Source: a virus. Taken from it: a stretch of DNA of 56,485 bases. A program made the position numbers and the translations under genes. Location of the stretch: positions 1-56,485 of the IMG/VR virus record IMGVR_UViG_3300011443_000003. One strand, 5' to 3'. The notes under the pieces were generated by a model. It was not told where the DNA came from, searched no databases, and was given only the letters and a program-made list of their open reading frames with translations. This document shows, piece by piece, positions 25,601-35,393 of this stretch (the first letter of the stretch is position 1; every line of letters starts with the position of its first letter).

Positions 25601-27148
25601 ATCAATGACGTTCATTGCTTGCGACCACAACTCAGGATCTCCCTTCTTCAAAGCGTCCATCATGGGCGGTTCTCCACGATCAACGCGATCACGGTCAACG
25701 GCGGCATTCTTGATAGCGGATTGCATTGGTGTAGTTGGCGCGTTGGCACCAAGCACATCACCCCCCATTGGAACAATCTCCCCCTTCGGAGCGGTCGGCG
25801 GGGTGGGTTCCGCCGCAACCGGACTCTCAGTCTTCGGCTCAGCGGGTTTCAGGTCTGGATAGTCGGCTAGGACTTCGGGAGGTACGTATTTTCCATCTTT
25901 CAGTGCTTGTTCCACTTCGGCCTTATGGAATTTGCGCATTCCTTCAGACGTTGAATAAGGGCTTTGATTAAGCGCGCTCCTTTTCTCTCCTCCTGCCAAA
26001 TACTGATACGCTCTTAATCTTTCAGCATCAGCAATGGTGACTTCGTGAAATGCCCTATCGCCCATTCTTTGAACAAATTCGGATTCAGTCTCTCCGTATG
26101 GACGTTCAGGATATTTACCAGAAAGTGCTTTTTGACGTTCTGCCGCCGTTGTTGTCATCTCCCAAGGCTCCCTAGCAGCCGGTGCGCTGACTGTCGGGGT
26201 GGTGGGAGGGGTCGCAGGCTCTACAACCGCCTTCTCCCCCGCTTGCACGTCCAGCTTTTCGGGGGCAACATCGGCAGGTTTTAAATCCAACGGGGTGGCT
26301 TCCTCGAATTTGGGAGTGTCCTCAAACCCCTTGCTCATCCGTTCGGTGGCTAGTGCAGCTTGCTCAGGGGTTACTCGTTCGATGGCCGCAACGGGTTCGC
26401 CTCGCGGTGGGATAGCTCCCGGTCTGGTTTCACGGAGTCTTAATGGGGCACTCGTTGAGACTTCCAACGGCACTTTGCCTACCGCCGCTTTTCCTAAAGC
26501 GATAGGGAAGGCGACATTTGCCGCTACGCCTACGCCGCCTTTAACCGCTTCTTCCAAGTTCTGAGCCTGCATTGCTTGGTCAACGGTGGAAGGCAATCCG
26601 CCCGTCATCTGAAGCTGAAATAGCCTCGCGCCTTCTTGTGGAAGTTTCTTGGCTAATCCCAAGCCTGAAATCATGCCGGGGTCTGAGAATCCAATCGCCA
26701 TCTCTTTGCCCGCCTCAGATAGCCCGCGAGTCACTTCACCTAGTTTTCCTTCGGCGGGTGCAGTCTCAGGGATACGCAATCCCTTTTTGAGCACTTCGGT
26801 AACGGTATCAATATCCTCGGGTGCCAGAATCGGAGGGGTTCGCTGCACGCCTTGACGTGCAAGAATGTTTGCGGATAGTCCGGTCGGATCAACCTTGGCT
26901 AGTGCGTCAGCAACCCAATATGCGGCATTTCCGCCTGCTGTTGCCAGCGCGGTTCCAAGTTTAGCGCGTTCGCCCTCAATCCGTGCCTCAAACGTCTGCT
27001 TGGCTAGTTCGTCACGGCGGAAGTCAGACTCTAGTGGCTTGGTGTCCTCCCAAGATGGAGCGTCAACCGTATCTTCCCACGTTGGCGCATCAGTCGGCAT
27101 ATCGGATGAACTTCTTGGTATCAGCGTCGAATATTGCCCGTTTTCCAT
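22679..27148 (-). CDS. Giant virion-associated protein (internal/ejection or tape-measure-like), 1489 aa
   Basis: This is the largest ORF. It has long coiled-coil regions, P/A/E-rich linkers and a hydrophobic Gly-rich C-terminus, and it sits at the end of the structural block. Confidence 0.6.
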   Translation of the reverse strand: MENGQYSTLIPRSSSDMPTDAPTWEDTVDAPSWEDTKPLESDFRRDELAKQTFEARIEGERAKLGTALATAGGNAAYWVADALAKVDPTGLSANILARQGVQRTPPILAPEDIDTVTEVLKKGLRIPETAPAEGKLGEVTRGLSEAGKEMAIGFSDPGMISGLGLAKKLPQEGARLFQLQMTGGLPSTVDQAMQAQNLEEAVKGGVGVAANVAFPIALGKAAVGKVPLEVSTSAPLRLRETRPGAIPPRGEPVAAIERVTPEQAALATERMSKGFEDTPKFEEATPLDLKPADVAPEKLDVQAGEKAVVEPATPPTTPTVSAPAAREPWEMTTTAAERQKALSGKYPERPYGETESEFVQRMGDRAFHEVTIADAERLRAYQYLAGGEKRSALNQSPYSTSEGMRKFHKAEVEQALKDGKYVPPEVLADYPDLKPAEPKTESPVAAEPTPPTAPKGEIVPMGGDVLGANAPTTPMQSAIKNAAVDRDRVDRGEPPMMDALKKGDPELWSQAMNVIDQDWAAADKLIARHKANPFIPSDVETMVLLHRRVDLKNEFNKANREAALAEQEGRGDAAEAAKAVRDSMGEKLLELEQVMGKGDTAMGTMAGRAFRARQLVMNEDFTMAELVPNREAFLGRKLTDLERAQLQAISDANTKANAELQARVEKLQAERDAIDAKRIIAEAEARIKRELPYHPRILDLAEGYAKKWDERGAQALADLKALFGGGEKPMFAGAPISPEMLDKAIIYGTSKIVRGAVDFAKWSDTMIRDLGPGFKDHAKAVWEASQKAFNSDVAAAFKKQGAATVQKVKGALKADLGTQTILKKIQRKVEESKGVLPDLKYYFDKLLDFHVRRGLKEEGPLLDAIHADAIKVIPDLTRRETREILAGYGTPLKPLAKDTVSVIKRDMHGQWQEISKIDMIQRGIFPPKLQERATMTDKQRWLRKQYEEQKRLHPEVTPTDVEGQLKTALQAAKTRITNQITDLEHQIQTRTKIVRESKRLKPDAELERLTAIRDEMRAVYDTVFKKPELTDAQRLEIWKERTRDRIEELTEKVKNRQFQPRKKPDPVKMDKEAQRLRFELHKVHRALLDLRYNDQMSKRNAAAKAFDAVANTVWFQRAMMTTGEFSGVLRQGGALSYQNPTIALRNLKPMMEAFKSEQNQFRIMEEILTRDNAPLYEKYGLEFTEAGTRLSSMEEHFMFRLSENMQKQPGLKQLVGTVNKFQRAYTVFLNRMRADVFDAMADTWGKDPATLDQIANAINVFSGRGSKGVGKFLGSGQFANTIAFAPKYAISRIQMLALQPMWRGNLHTRKMIAWQYLKMLRGPAALYALGALMGGKVNTDSNSSDFGKMVVGKTRIDPWMGILQPLVLFSRLGTGKKTTAGGREVPIRGKVPYGGDNAWDVIANFGRGKLSPSVGSAVSVLSGEDPTGQQFDIGDALKTTFYPMTYRDIIKLYGEHGIPEATAMATLGVFGVGVNTYDNKKQKTSQPNW

Positions 27149-27980
27149 CTTTGGTTAGCCTGACAATTTCGTTCGCTGAAGGCAACGGAGAAGCGGCTTC
27201 GCCTAGTGGCTGAATCGGAGGCTTTGGTGCCGTAATCTGAGGGAGTCCATTCCGCTTAGCTATCGTGTTGCGTTGATTTCTTGCCCAATTGACCATTCCT
27301 AAAGCGGCTTGCTGATCTTCTGGCGTGGTAGCCTTCTTGAGATTGCGTATGCCTTCACCCTCTGCTCTGGCCGCTTCCTGAAGTGCCGCTTGGTCTATCG
27401 GATTTAGCTTTGGAGCCGATTCTGGTCTGAGTTGCTGAATCCTTCCACCGCCTTCGTAGTGCGCCGGTTCGCCTGTTAGCGGGTTAGCTTGAATGAAGCG
27501 CGGTGTCTCCGGTGTTCTTGGCGGGACTGTTACGCGGCCTGTGAACGCTCCCGGTTGTCCGGTTGCTGCATTAGCAGGTATCCATGCGGGTTGAGGAGCA
27601 GGCGTCAAAGCCTTCATCGCAGGCCCAAAGCTAGTATCCTGAACCAGCATCGGACCCCACTTGGCAAACGCATCGGCGGCTGACTTACCTTCTTTCAGGT
27701 CTTGCTGGTAACCACGAAACGCGATGAATTTGTAAGCCGCCGCCGTCGCTGCCTTCGCTTGTGCTATCGGGTCGGGCTGCCGCTGTTGTGGGTAATACGC
27801 CCTTGGGTCCTCCCAATACGGTGTTGGACCTTGCGGTTGCTGTGGCGGTGGTCCCTGCTGCGAGCGTTCAAACGCTTGGCGCATCATGTCCTCTTGAGGA
27901 TCGACGGGAGTGTAGCTGAACTGCGTTTCGCGGCGTTCTCCTGTTTCACGATCTAAAGTTCCTGTAGTGCCGATAGCCAT
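27090..27980 (-). CDS. Pro/Gln-rich virion-block protein
   Basis: 296-aa ORF with low-complexity P/Q/A composition. Confidence 0.55.
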   Translation of the reverse strand: MAIGTTGTLDRETGERRETQFSYTPVDPQEDMMRQAFERSQQGPPPQQPQGPTPYWEDPRAYYPQQRQPDPIAQAKAATAAAYKFIAFRGYQQDLKEGKSAADAFAKWGPMLVQDTSFGPAMKALTPAPQPAWIPANAATGQPGAFTGRVTVPPRTPETPRFIQANPLTGEPAHYEGGGRIQQLRPESAPKLNPIDQAALQEAARAEGEGIRNLKKATTPEDQQAALGMVNWARNQRNTIAKRNGLPQITAPKPPIQPLGEAASPLPSANEIVRLTKDGKRAIFDADTKKFIRYAD

Positions 27981-27983
27981 AGT

Positions 27984-29003
27984 TTAGCCTCCTACGTTGT
28001 AAAGCCAGTCGAGTTCCTCGTCACTCATGCCACCTTGGTCAATTCCGCCGCCTATATTCACACCGTAAGGATCCCCAAACGGAAGATAATCCGATGTGTT
28101 TGTATTCGGATTGTAATAGGTTCCAGCGGGAGGGGTGTATGGATCGTAATTATATCCAGGTTGGTCAAACTGGCCTCCAAAATCCATTCCCGGTTGAACC
28201 GTATCGAGTCCCCCGCCTTGATCCAAGCTATACGGAAGATGCCAAGGAGTTGTTATAGGAGTAGTCCCGCCTCCTGCCCAATTCGTCGCTGGTGCAAAAC
28301 TTGCACCTCCTCCACCACTTGGCCTTCCGCCTCCACCGTAGCCATAGCCAGCTCTGCTTCTGTTATTTGCCGCGTTTATCGCCGCCATTCTCGCCAGATA
28401 GTCTAGTTCCATGTTCTGGCGTTGGAGAGCCAAGGCTTCAGCTTGTGCGGGAGTTGTGACAAGGGCTTGCGTATTGGCGATGGTAGCACCTGGATTACGC
28501 CCCAAAGCGTTTGTCAGCCAAGATTGCCCCTGATTCTGCAAGTCCAATGAAGTCAGACCCAAGGCGCGCATGATGTCAGCCGTGCTGTTTGCGCCCATTG
28601 GGTTTCCGGTAGACACGCCACGCTCTGCTGACCTTGTCGCCATCTGCTGATAAACGTCATTGGGAATCTGGCCGCTCAATGCTGACTGGATGTTCTGCGA
28701 GCTTTTCTGCTCTAATCCAGTAGCATTGGGTATCCGTGCGGCATTCGCCTTCTGCTGCGCGTCGATGTTGATCTGACTAATCATTTCACTCATCGACTTG
28801 ATCCAATCTGGGTTGGACAAGTTGTTGAGATTTTGATTTCCAAGACCCGTGCCGGTGCCAGCACCCGCCGCCGTAACTGCTGCCGGACTTCCAACCGCTG
28901 GCGTTGGCGCATTCGCTGCCTGATACATTGCCAGAAGGCTTGTCGGGCTTTGCTTAATCTGAGCCAACTGTTGTTGCGTTGGAATGACGGTTGTAATGGG
29001 CAT
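27984..29003 (-). CDS. Gln/Asn/Gly-rich virion-block protein
   Basis: 339-aa ORF with GYGYGGGGRPSGGGGASF and Y/N/P/G-rich tail. Confidence 0.55.
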   Translation of the reverse strand: MPITTVIPTQQQLAQIKQSPTSLLAMYQAANAPTPAVGSPAAVTAAGAGTGTGLGNQNLNNLSNPDWIKSMSEMISQINIDAQQKANAARIPNATGLEQKSSQNIQSALSGQIPNDVYQQMATRSAERGVSTGNPMGANSTADIMRALGLTSLDLQNQGQSWLTNALGRNPGATIANTQALVTTPAQAEALALQRQNMELDYLARMAAINAANNRSRAGYGYGGGGRPSGGGGASFAPATNWAGGGTTPITTPWHLPYSLDQGGGLDTVQPGMDFGGQFDQPGYNYDPYTPPAGTYYNPNTNTSDYLPFGDPYGVNIGGGIDQGGMSDEELDWLYNVGG

Positions 29004-29005
29004 AA

Positions 29006-29398
29006 TTACCTCTGGTAACGGTTGTGGGCGAGCGATAGAAAGTCAGACCAATTGACGCTTGGGTTCCAGCCAAAATCAATAGCTGGCGTGCCTGCATCTG
29101 GCATCTTTAGCGTGTTTGGTGGCACCGTAGACGGCCCTGCCCGCTGAGGTTCGTAGATTTCCGGCAATGTGATGCTCGGTGATGTCATCTGTTGGGCTAT
29201 ATTCTCGGGATTCTGGACTGCTGGATTTTGAGGAGCTTGAAAGCCTTGTGGGATAGCTATACCTGTCTGTGGTTGAGTTGCTGGCGAATTTGGCTGAATC
29301 GGTTGCCAGCCTGAGCGATTTCTAATCGACTCTGGCAGTTGATAAACGGGAGTCCCGCTTACATTCCATTGACCACGAACTGGACGTCCTATTGGCAT
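29006..29398 (-). CDS. Pro/Gln-rich small protein
   Basis: 130-aa ORF. Confidence 0.5.
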   Translation of the reverse strand: MPIGRPVRGQWNVSGTPVYQLPESIRNRSGWQPIQPNSPATQPQTGIAIPQGFQAPQNPAVQNPENIAQQMTSPSITLPEIYEPQRAGPSTVPPNTLKMPDAGTPAIDFGWNPSVNWSDFLSLAHNRYQR

Positions 29399-29401
29399 AT
29401 T

Positions 29402-30430
29402 CTATTGAAATTGAGGTTTAAGCCTGTCTGATCCGAATATCGGAACAGTAATAGCCGTTTGAAACTTGCCAAGGAAATGATCTAATTGCCCGAATAACAG
29501 TTGCAATGCCCGTGCGTGCTTGGCTTGAGCCATCTGCTGTGAACCTGGAGTGTCCATTCTCGAGTACCGCACCGCCATACATTCTTCTATCAGGGCGGGC
29601 ACGCTTTGAATCAGCAAATAATCCTGATCTGACTGCGCGGGAATGAAGTCGAGTTTGCACAAGGCTAGCACTTGTTGCGTCGATGCACCGCAACAACGAT
29701 TCTGCAAGCCGTTCAGGAAGTAACGGCGATAGTCGCCCGTCATTTCGGTCGCTTCCATCGCGTGCAACGGTGTTTCATTTCCGTTGGTGTCCACCTGATA
29801 GAAAACCACGTCGCCTTGCGTTGGCTCTTTTTGGATAGCGGTAACCGTGTTGAAACTATTTACCGTGTCAGTGAACGGAATATCTAGGACGATGGTTTCA
29901 CCAAGGATAGGCTTGCCCGTAAGGACGCTCGTACCATAGATGGTTTTGCCATTCGTATCGGTGCCTTGAATGAGCACTCTTTTGCCCACGTCACTCGCAT
30001 TGAGCGGGTAAGCACGTACTGTATTTCCCGCAACAAAATCGTTGATTGTCGGCACACTGTCGCGCTCATAGGTTTGTTGTTGCTGACCACACCTGTCTTG
30101 CGGGCATCCCGCAGGGTTGTATCCACGCCCGAAGTCCAAGAACTCATAGAACTGATTTCGGATCTTCATGGGTTTCTTGCAAACGTCCATGAGAATGATT
30201 CGCGCAACCTCTCTGGGTGTGGTGATATAACTGAATGGTGGGGCAACCGTGAAAGCGTATTGCGCCCAACCGCCGAACCAGCCTTCATCTGGTGCCATTG
30301 GGTCGGTGAGTAACCGTTGCTGTGCCTCGTTGACAACAGCCGCGATCCTTGGAATGTCAGTCTCACATACGCCAAAGCTGCTTGGCGCACCGCTTATCCT
30401 AACATCGTATAATCTTACGCGTGCAGGCAT
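29402..30430 (-). CDS. Virion structural protein (unassigned)
   Basis: ATG at 30430 (MPARVRLYDVRISGAPSSFGV...), directly after the upstream stop. Confidence 0.55.
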   Translation of the reverse strand: MPARVRLYDVRISGAPSSFGVCETDIPRIAAVVNEAQQRLLTDPMAPDEGWFGGWAQYAFTVAPPFSYITTPREVARIILMDVCKKPMKIRNQFYEFLDFGRGYNPAGCPQDRCGQQQQTYERDSVPTINDFVAGNTVRAYPLNASDVGKRVLIQGTDTNGKTIYGTSVLTGKPILGETIVLDIPFTDTVNSFNTVTAIQKEPTQGDVVFYQVDTNGNETPLHAMEATEMTGDYRRYFLNGLQNRCCGASTQQVLALCKLDFIPAQSDQDYLLIQSVPALIEECMAVRYSRMDTPGSQQMAQAKHARALQLLFGQLDHFLGKFQTAITVPIFGSDRLKPQFQ

Positions 30431-30431
30431 A

Positions 30432-30620
30432 TCAAATCTCTTTCTTCTGCTTTTCTCTCTCCAAAGCAAGCCTTGCTTGATACTTTTGCTCCAGCCGTTC
30501 GGGTATCTCCTGCTTTAGCTCGGCTTGAAGTTCAGCCATTGCGTCAGACCGAAACCTGTGCTCCAACACTGGATCGCCTTTGTAATCCGATGGAATTGGA
30601 TCGTGTATGCTCATAATCAT
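30432..30620 (-). CDS. Hypothetical small protein
   Basis: The ATG at 30620 forms an ATGA overlap with the upstream stop (MIMSIHDPIPSDY...). Confidence 0.45.
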   Translation of the reverse strand: MIMSIHDPIPSDYKGDPVLEHRFRSDAMAELQAELKQEIPERLEQKYQARLALEREKQKKEI

Positions 30621-31648
30621 GCAGTTAGGCAAAGCCTTCTCCATCCGTTTACTCCCGCAGGCTTGGTGTTAGCAACAGCAAAAAAGCTGCCTTCGTCCAG
30701 ATTCACCAATCCATCATACAGGTAATCGGCTTTTACCATAGTTCCGGTATATGGGGCTTCAGTCATATACCTGCCAACAACCTTATCCCCGATACTGTCA
30801 TACCCAATGGCAAAAAGTCGCTTCATTGAAGAGATATACCACGGGAACCAGCGGAGACTTTCAAGGCTGGCATCCACCAAAGTCGATCTTACTATGGAGG
30901 CCAAAATAACATCGACTTCTCTTATTGCTTGCCCAAGGCAAATGAGCAATTCGCGGTCTGTATCCCAAACGCAAAAAAACTGCGCCCACGCAGGGACTCC
31001 GGTGAAGAAGTGAACTCCATTGTTTATTTGAAGATCGAATTCAAATAACCCTTTTGAAATACCAGTCTGCCAGCATCCATACAGACAATCTGCAAGCGGA
31101 GAATAGGCGAAGTTGTAAACGAATGGATCGGCAGGCCCAACCGATGGGCAAACACCAAGCTGAACAACTGTAAGAAGATCAAGGTCGATATACCCAACGT
31201 ATCTCTGTCCTAGACCGTCCTCTCCCATGTGCCCATAGATTTTATTATAGCCATATTCCACATAGGTCAGGGCAAAGATTGTTCCCGTGACTCCAGAAGC
31301 AAAATCGGTAATCGTTTCTGATACCGGATCGAAAATTACAACGGTAGCGCCAAGGGGAAGAACAAATTTTTGGTGTGCTGCATCATAAACCATTTGGGAG
31401 TTAGCCGCTGCCCCGGCATGGCTACCCTTCAAGGTCATCGTGTTGCTACCCGGCTCGTACTTGAAAAAGTATGTAGTTGTCGTGCCCGCATCCCATCCAC
31501 AAACCAAGCAATAGCAAAGGTCAGGCGCAAAGGCCGTTAGGAACTCAGGGGCTAGCGTCGGTGTGCCAGAAATTGGAACTTGTGTCGCTTCTGAACAGTT
31601 TTCCAAAACGCAACCACCAGACATATTTAATGCTTTTACGCAGCTCAT
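30617..31648 (-). CDS. Virion/tail-associated hypothetical protein
   Basis: 343-aa ORF, beta-rich and Cys-containing, with ATGA coupling. Confidence 0.55.
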   Translation of the reverse strand: MSCVKALNMSGGCVLENCSEATQVPISGTPTLAPEFLTAFAPDLCYCLVCGWDAGTTTTYFFKYEPGSNTMTLKGSHAGAAANSQMVYDAAHQKFVLPLGATVVIFDPVSETITDFASGVTGTIFALTYVEYGYNKIYGHMGEDGLGQRYVGYIDLDLLTVVQLGVCPSVGPADPFVYNFAYSPLADCLYGCWQTGISKGLFEFDLQINNGVHFFTGVPAWAQFFCVWDTDRELLICLGQAIREVDVILASIVRSTLVDASLESLRWFPWYISSMKRLFAIGYDSIGDKVVGRYMTEAPYTGTMVKADYLYDGLVNLDEGSFFAVANTKPAGVNGWRRLCLTA

Positions 31649-33573
31649 GCGAATCTCACGGTTGGTTTCTGGATTTTGATAGAATGTCCCGCTGCCGGAG
31701 TCGGTAGCGTTCCGGTTATTTGATGAGTGGTTCCGGTCGCAAGGAAGGTTTCATTTACTATAACCTCTGTTGACCCATCTTTCAGAGTATAGCCTGCAAC
31801 GTAAAATTGGCCCTCTACCAGATTGGAGAAGTTCAACGCGAAATCGACAGTTGTAAATCGACTGTAGATAAACCGAAGAAACTTCTGTCCCGCTGCTGAA
31901 AGATAGTCTGGAAGATTCTCAGCTACCGCCAACTTGGATGTAAATGTCTGCTGTGTGGCTTCAGCTTCAGCGTCGGTGTATGGATTGCTCAGGATTACGC
32001 TATAATCGCCAGTGGCGTAAATATCCACAAACAGGCTTATAGCTCCCGACTGGAACGGGAATGCGGCCACGTCAGCAATAGCAAATCGACCACTGGCTGA
32101 ACTTTGATAGACCCTGCTCAGTGCTGTAGTTGTGTAACCGTCAGGATTAACCAGCATCGTTGCTGGACCGTCTGTTTGGCTGTCAATCGCCAGATTTCCA
32201 AAGAATGCCCACGATGCTTCGTCGGTATTGCAAACCTGACAACTGCCGCCATCTGGAGTCCAACAATAACCCAAAAGATTTCTAATGCGAGATACGCTGT
32301 TAGGGAACAAGCCTGGAGCTAAAACTTCAATCTCGGCTCCAGCGCCTTCGGCAACTGGCGGGTAAAGCCCAACGCTCGGTCTTAGGCATTCAACGTACAA
32401 ATCCTTTCTATGATGCGAAGTGAAATTACCATTCGCATCGATATGACTGCTTTCGCTAAAAAGATACTTGGCACCCGCGCATTGCACTGGAGTGGTCGGA
32501 TCGTATCCCGGTGGCGCAAGGGGCGGTATATAGTTACCGACTGTAAATGCTGTTTGGGTAACGTAACCCGTCCAAGTGGCGGTTTTGTACAGTGTGGTGT
32601 CTGGATTGGTAAACTTCGGATACCCGCGCTTGGTTCTTAAGACCGTTGTAGCACTCGTAACCATTGAAACTACTGGCGGGAAGAATGTTCTAGTTACGGC
32701 TTCGCAGGTTGTATCCGATACGGCAAAGACAATACTTCCGCCGCCTGCTCCGGTAGGGGTTCCGCTAATCAGACCGGAAAGGCTTAAGGATAGTCCCGGT
32801 GGAAGTGTTCCGCTTAAAATTGTCCACGCATAATTTCCACTACCTCCAGCGGCTTGCAACTGGAAGCTGTAGGGAGTCCCGATGGTGAAACCCGACAATG
32901 CCGCCGTGGTTATTTCAATCACCTGAATCGTGAACGTCTTTACCGCGTAATTGCCATTCGCATCGGTAGCAATAATCTGAAAAGCGTAGGTTCCGTTTAC
33001 TGTCGGAACTCCGGTTATTACGGCGGAATTCTCAGTGGCAATAAAATCCAATCCCGGTGGTAGAAATCCCACTAGAGAGAAAACAAGATCCGGTTCTGGA
33101 AGCGTAATAGACGCGGAATATACCTGCCCATTGCAAGCGCAACGCGGCAATTCACCAAGGCAAATCCTCTGCTGGTTCGCTTGTTGGCACGCATACGCCT
33201 GAGCCTGAGACAATGCTTCAGCGTAGGTTTTGGCGATGAACATGCCCGCCGCAACGGTATAGACAAACTCAGATCCATCGGGACAGGTTGCCGTGCAGGA
33301 TGCGGGTGCCGAATACCAGATTTCTTCGGGGTTTTCGCAAAGGATAGACTGCCGCAGGGCACATAAATTGGCATCCTCTTGGCTGATAAAAGAACGGCAG
33401 AGATAGAGACATCCTGGCATTGACCATTCCTCATCAATGGGAGGAGGATTCAACGGCGGGTAGACAACCGCCCAATACGGCGGATACGGCTCTGCCCCTT
33501 CCGATGAATAGTTCGATAGAAGCGATTCACCGCAATCAATCTTGTTGCAATCAATTGTGGGAACTTGTGGCAT
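31645..33573 (-). CDS. Tail fibre/spike-like protein with two putative-Ig (He_PIG-like) domains and DUF5977-like N-terminal motifs
   Basis: 642-aa ORF. The Ig-like segments are LPPGLDFIATENSAVITGVPTVNGTYAFQIIATD and GTLPPGLSLSLSGLISGTPTGAGGGSIVFAVSD. The N-terminal motifs are CPDGSEFVYTVAAGMFIAKTYAEALSQAQAYACQQANQQ. Confidence 0.6.
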   Translation of the reverse strand: MPQVPTIDCNKIDCGESLLSNYSSEGAEPYPPYWAVVYPPLNPPPIDEEWSMPGCLYLCRSFISQEDANLCALRQSILCENPEEIWYSAPASCTATCPDGSEFVYTVAAGMFIAKTYAEALSQAQAYACQQANQQRICLGELPRCACNGQVYSASITLPEPDLVFSLVGFLPPGLDFIATENSAVITGVPTVNGTYAFQIIATDANGNYAVKTFTIQVIEITTAALSGFTIGTPYSFQLQAAGGSGNYAWTILSGTLPPGLSLSLSGLISGTPTGAGGGSIVFAVSDTTCEAVTRTFFPPVVSMVTSATTVLRTKRGYPKFTNPDTTLYKTATWTGYVTQTAFTVGNYIPPLAPPGYDPTTPVQCAGAKYLFSESSHIDANGNFTSHHRKDLYVECLRPSVGLYPPVAEGAGAEIEVLAPGLFPNSVSRIRNLLGYCWTPDGGSCQVCNTDEASWAFFGNLAIDSQTDGPATMLVNPDGYTTTALSRVYQSSASGRFAIADVAAFPFQSGAISLFVDIYATGDYSVILSNPYTDAEAEATQQTFTSKLAVAENLPDYLSAAGQKFLRFIYSRFTTVDFALNFSNLVEGQFYVAGYTLKDGSTEVIVNETFLATGTTHQITGTLPTPAAGHSIKIQKPTVRFA

Positions 33574-35393
33574 TAGAACGCGATCCCCCCAGTGGTTGAC
33601 TGCTGCATCTCGGTAAACGGCCCCGGTGGAGTTACTAATCCCTCAAACGGTTGCTTCACATAAGGCGTAGCGTAAACAATGATGCCACGAATACGGCAAA
33701 AGCCCTTGATCTCAATCTTCACCTGAAATTGATGTCCGAGGCTCATAGGGCGATGGTTCATGTCGTTGCAAGGCGGGTGCGGAGGGGTCGGTAGGGTTAT
33801 CGGGAACTTGTCTCCTTCGCTGAACTCGGTAGTCGGGTAGCAAACAGGATCTTCCAACTGTTCACAGGAGTCCCGCACTATGCATTCCCTGAAGGAATGC
33901 CACCATTGCCAGCAAGGATTGCCGTCTGTTCTATACCATACCGTGCCGTCTACGGTGCCATAGATGCGATCAATCCATATTTCCCCACCATCCAGCCATT
34001 TCAGGTCGAATTCCCGTTGCCACGTCCAAGCAGGCGTCTCGATGTGCCACAACACCCGTTCATCACCGTTCTCGAAGCGGTTGGAATCGGTTAACTCCCA
34101 AAGCTGAATAGAACTGTCGATTTTGCTTACAGTCACGGCAAAGGCGCGTTCCCGACCTCCAAAGTCGCCATTGAACAGTTGCAGGATGTCCAATCCCTCG
34201 TAAATACCTTCCCATACAGGGGGCAACTGGTTACCAAGTGTTCCAATCGGGTCGAAGTCCAACGGCGCAATAGCTTGATGAACCACACCTTGTGGAAGTT
34301 GCTTGGGAAGAATTCCGTTCAAAAGGCGGTTATCGAACTCAATTGCCGTGGAGTAAACCATCAATCCGCGATCATTCAGCCTCAACGCACGATCGATATT
34401 GGAGCTGATTGGACGGTTACCCCACTGGTTTTGATACCGTAAGACGGTGAAAAGGGAGTTGATCGACGGGGTAAGCGACTGATAAAACAAGTCAGCGTTG
34501 ACGGCAACTACGGATCTGTCACTACAACCACCGTTATTGCGCTGCACTACCCTCTGGACTGGCTGATTGTCGTTGTCAGCGGCTATCCAGTCGATTCGGC
34601 TGATTGGCACGTCTAGGGCATAAATCTGCTTCCGCGTGAACACGTATAGCGTACCTTCACCAAGAGCCTTATCGATATTCGCCGCATACTGCAATGCTCT
34701 GATATTCCCCGCTTGTGTAGGCACCGCGAATCCATCCCCGCCGATAGCCAATGGATTCTCTGTCACCTTCAAGATGGAATCGCGCAAGAAGTAGGGCGCC
34801 GTGCCGCTTGGGCCTTTAACAATGTCGCCTGCTGTGTAGCTACGGAAATAGGCGTACCAGATGCGCCCTTGGTAGTAAACCATCGGACCAGCGGCAGGAA
34901 GTTCCTTTGGGGCACCCGCAAGTCCGTTGCTATGCCGCATGGTGGCCCCATCCCAAAAGGCAGGAAGGGTTGTATAGTCCCCCGCCTGAACCACCATGAA
35001 TTCCTCGCCCTGAACGAAGTGGTAAAGAGGGGCAGTTGGCGGAAAGACGAGCGGACCCGTTATATCGTCAATGCTGTTATCCGTATCGAGCCTGATGCGA
35101 TAGAACCTCCCCGAAATCGCAAGGACAAGGTAGGGTAATCCATTACTCTGATCATACATCCAGCCCCCTTGATAAAGCCCCGTGGAATCGTGAACTGTGA
35201 GGACGGGTTGCCACCCGTAGCGCTGAAGGATGCCGCCGCCGCGTGTGGTCGCGTTATTCGCCCACGCCACGGCATTGCGCGGCAATCCGTTCGGGTTGTT
35301 GTCTGAGATGATGGTTGCAGGACGGTTGCTGTCTACTCCCAACGAGAAATCCAGCGTGCCGTCTGCCCATCGGACATTTTCATTAGCGGCCAT
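33573..35393 (-). CDS. Large tail-associated protein (nozzle/tubular-B-like position)
   Basis: 606-aa beta-rich ORF with TAATG coupling at both ends. The function is inferred from size and position only. Confidence 0.45.
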   Translation of the reverse strand: MAANENVRWADGTLDFSLGVDSNRPATIISDNNPNGLPRNAVAWANNATTRGGGILQRYGWQPVLTVHDSTGLYQGGWMYDQSNGLPYLVLAISGRFYRIRLDTDNSIDDITGPLVFPPTAPLYHFVQGEEFMVVQAGDYTTLPAFWDGATMRHSNGLAGAPKELPAAGPMVYYQGRIWYAYFRSYTAGDIVKGPSGTAPYFLRDSILKVTENPLAIGGDGFAVPTQAGNIRALQYAANIDKALGEGTLYVFTRKQIYALDVPISRIDWIAADNDNQPVQRVVQRNNGGCSDRSVVAVNADLFYQSLTPSINSLFTVLRYQNQWGNRPISSNIDRALRLNDRGLMVYSTAIEFDNRLLNGILPKQLPQGVVHQAIAPLDFDPIGTLGNQLPPVWEGIYEGLDILQLFNGDFGGRERAFAVTVSKIDSSIQLWELTDSNRFENGDERVLWHIETPAWTWQREFDLKWLDGGEIWIDRIYGTVDGTVWYRTDGNPCWQWWHSFRECIVRDSCEQLEDPVCYPTTEFSEGDKFPITLPTPPHPPCNDMNHRPMSLGHQFQVKIEIKGFCRIRGIIVYATPYVKQPFEGLVTPPGPFTEMQQSTTGGIAF

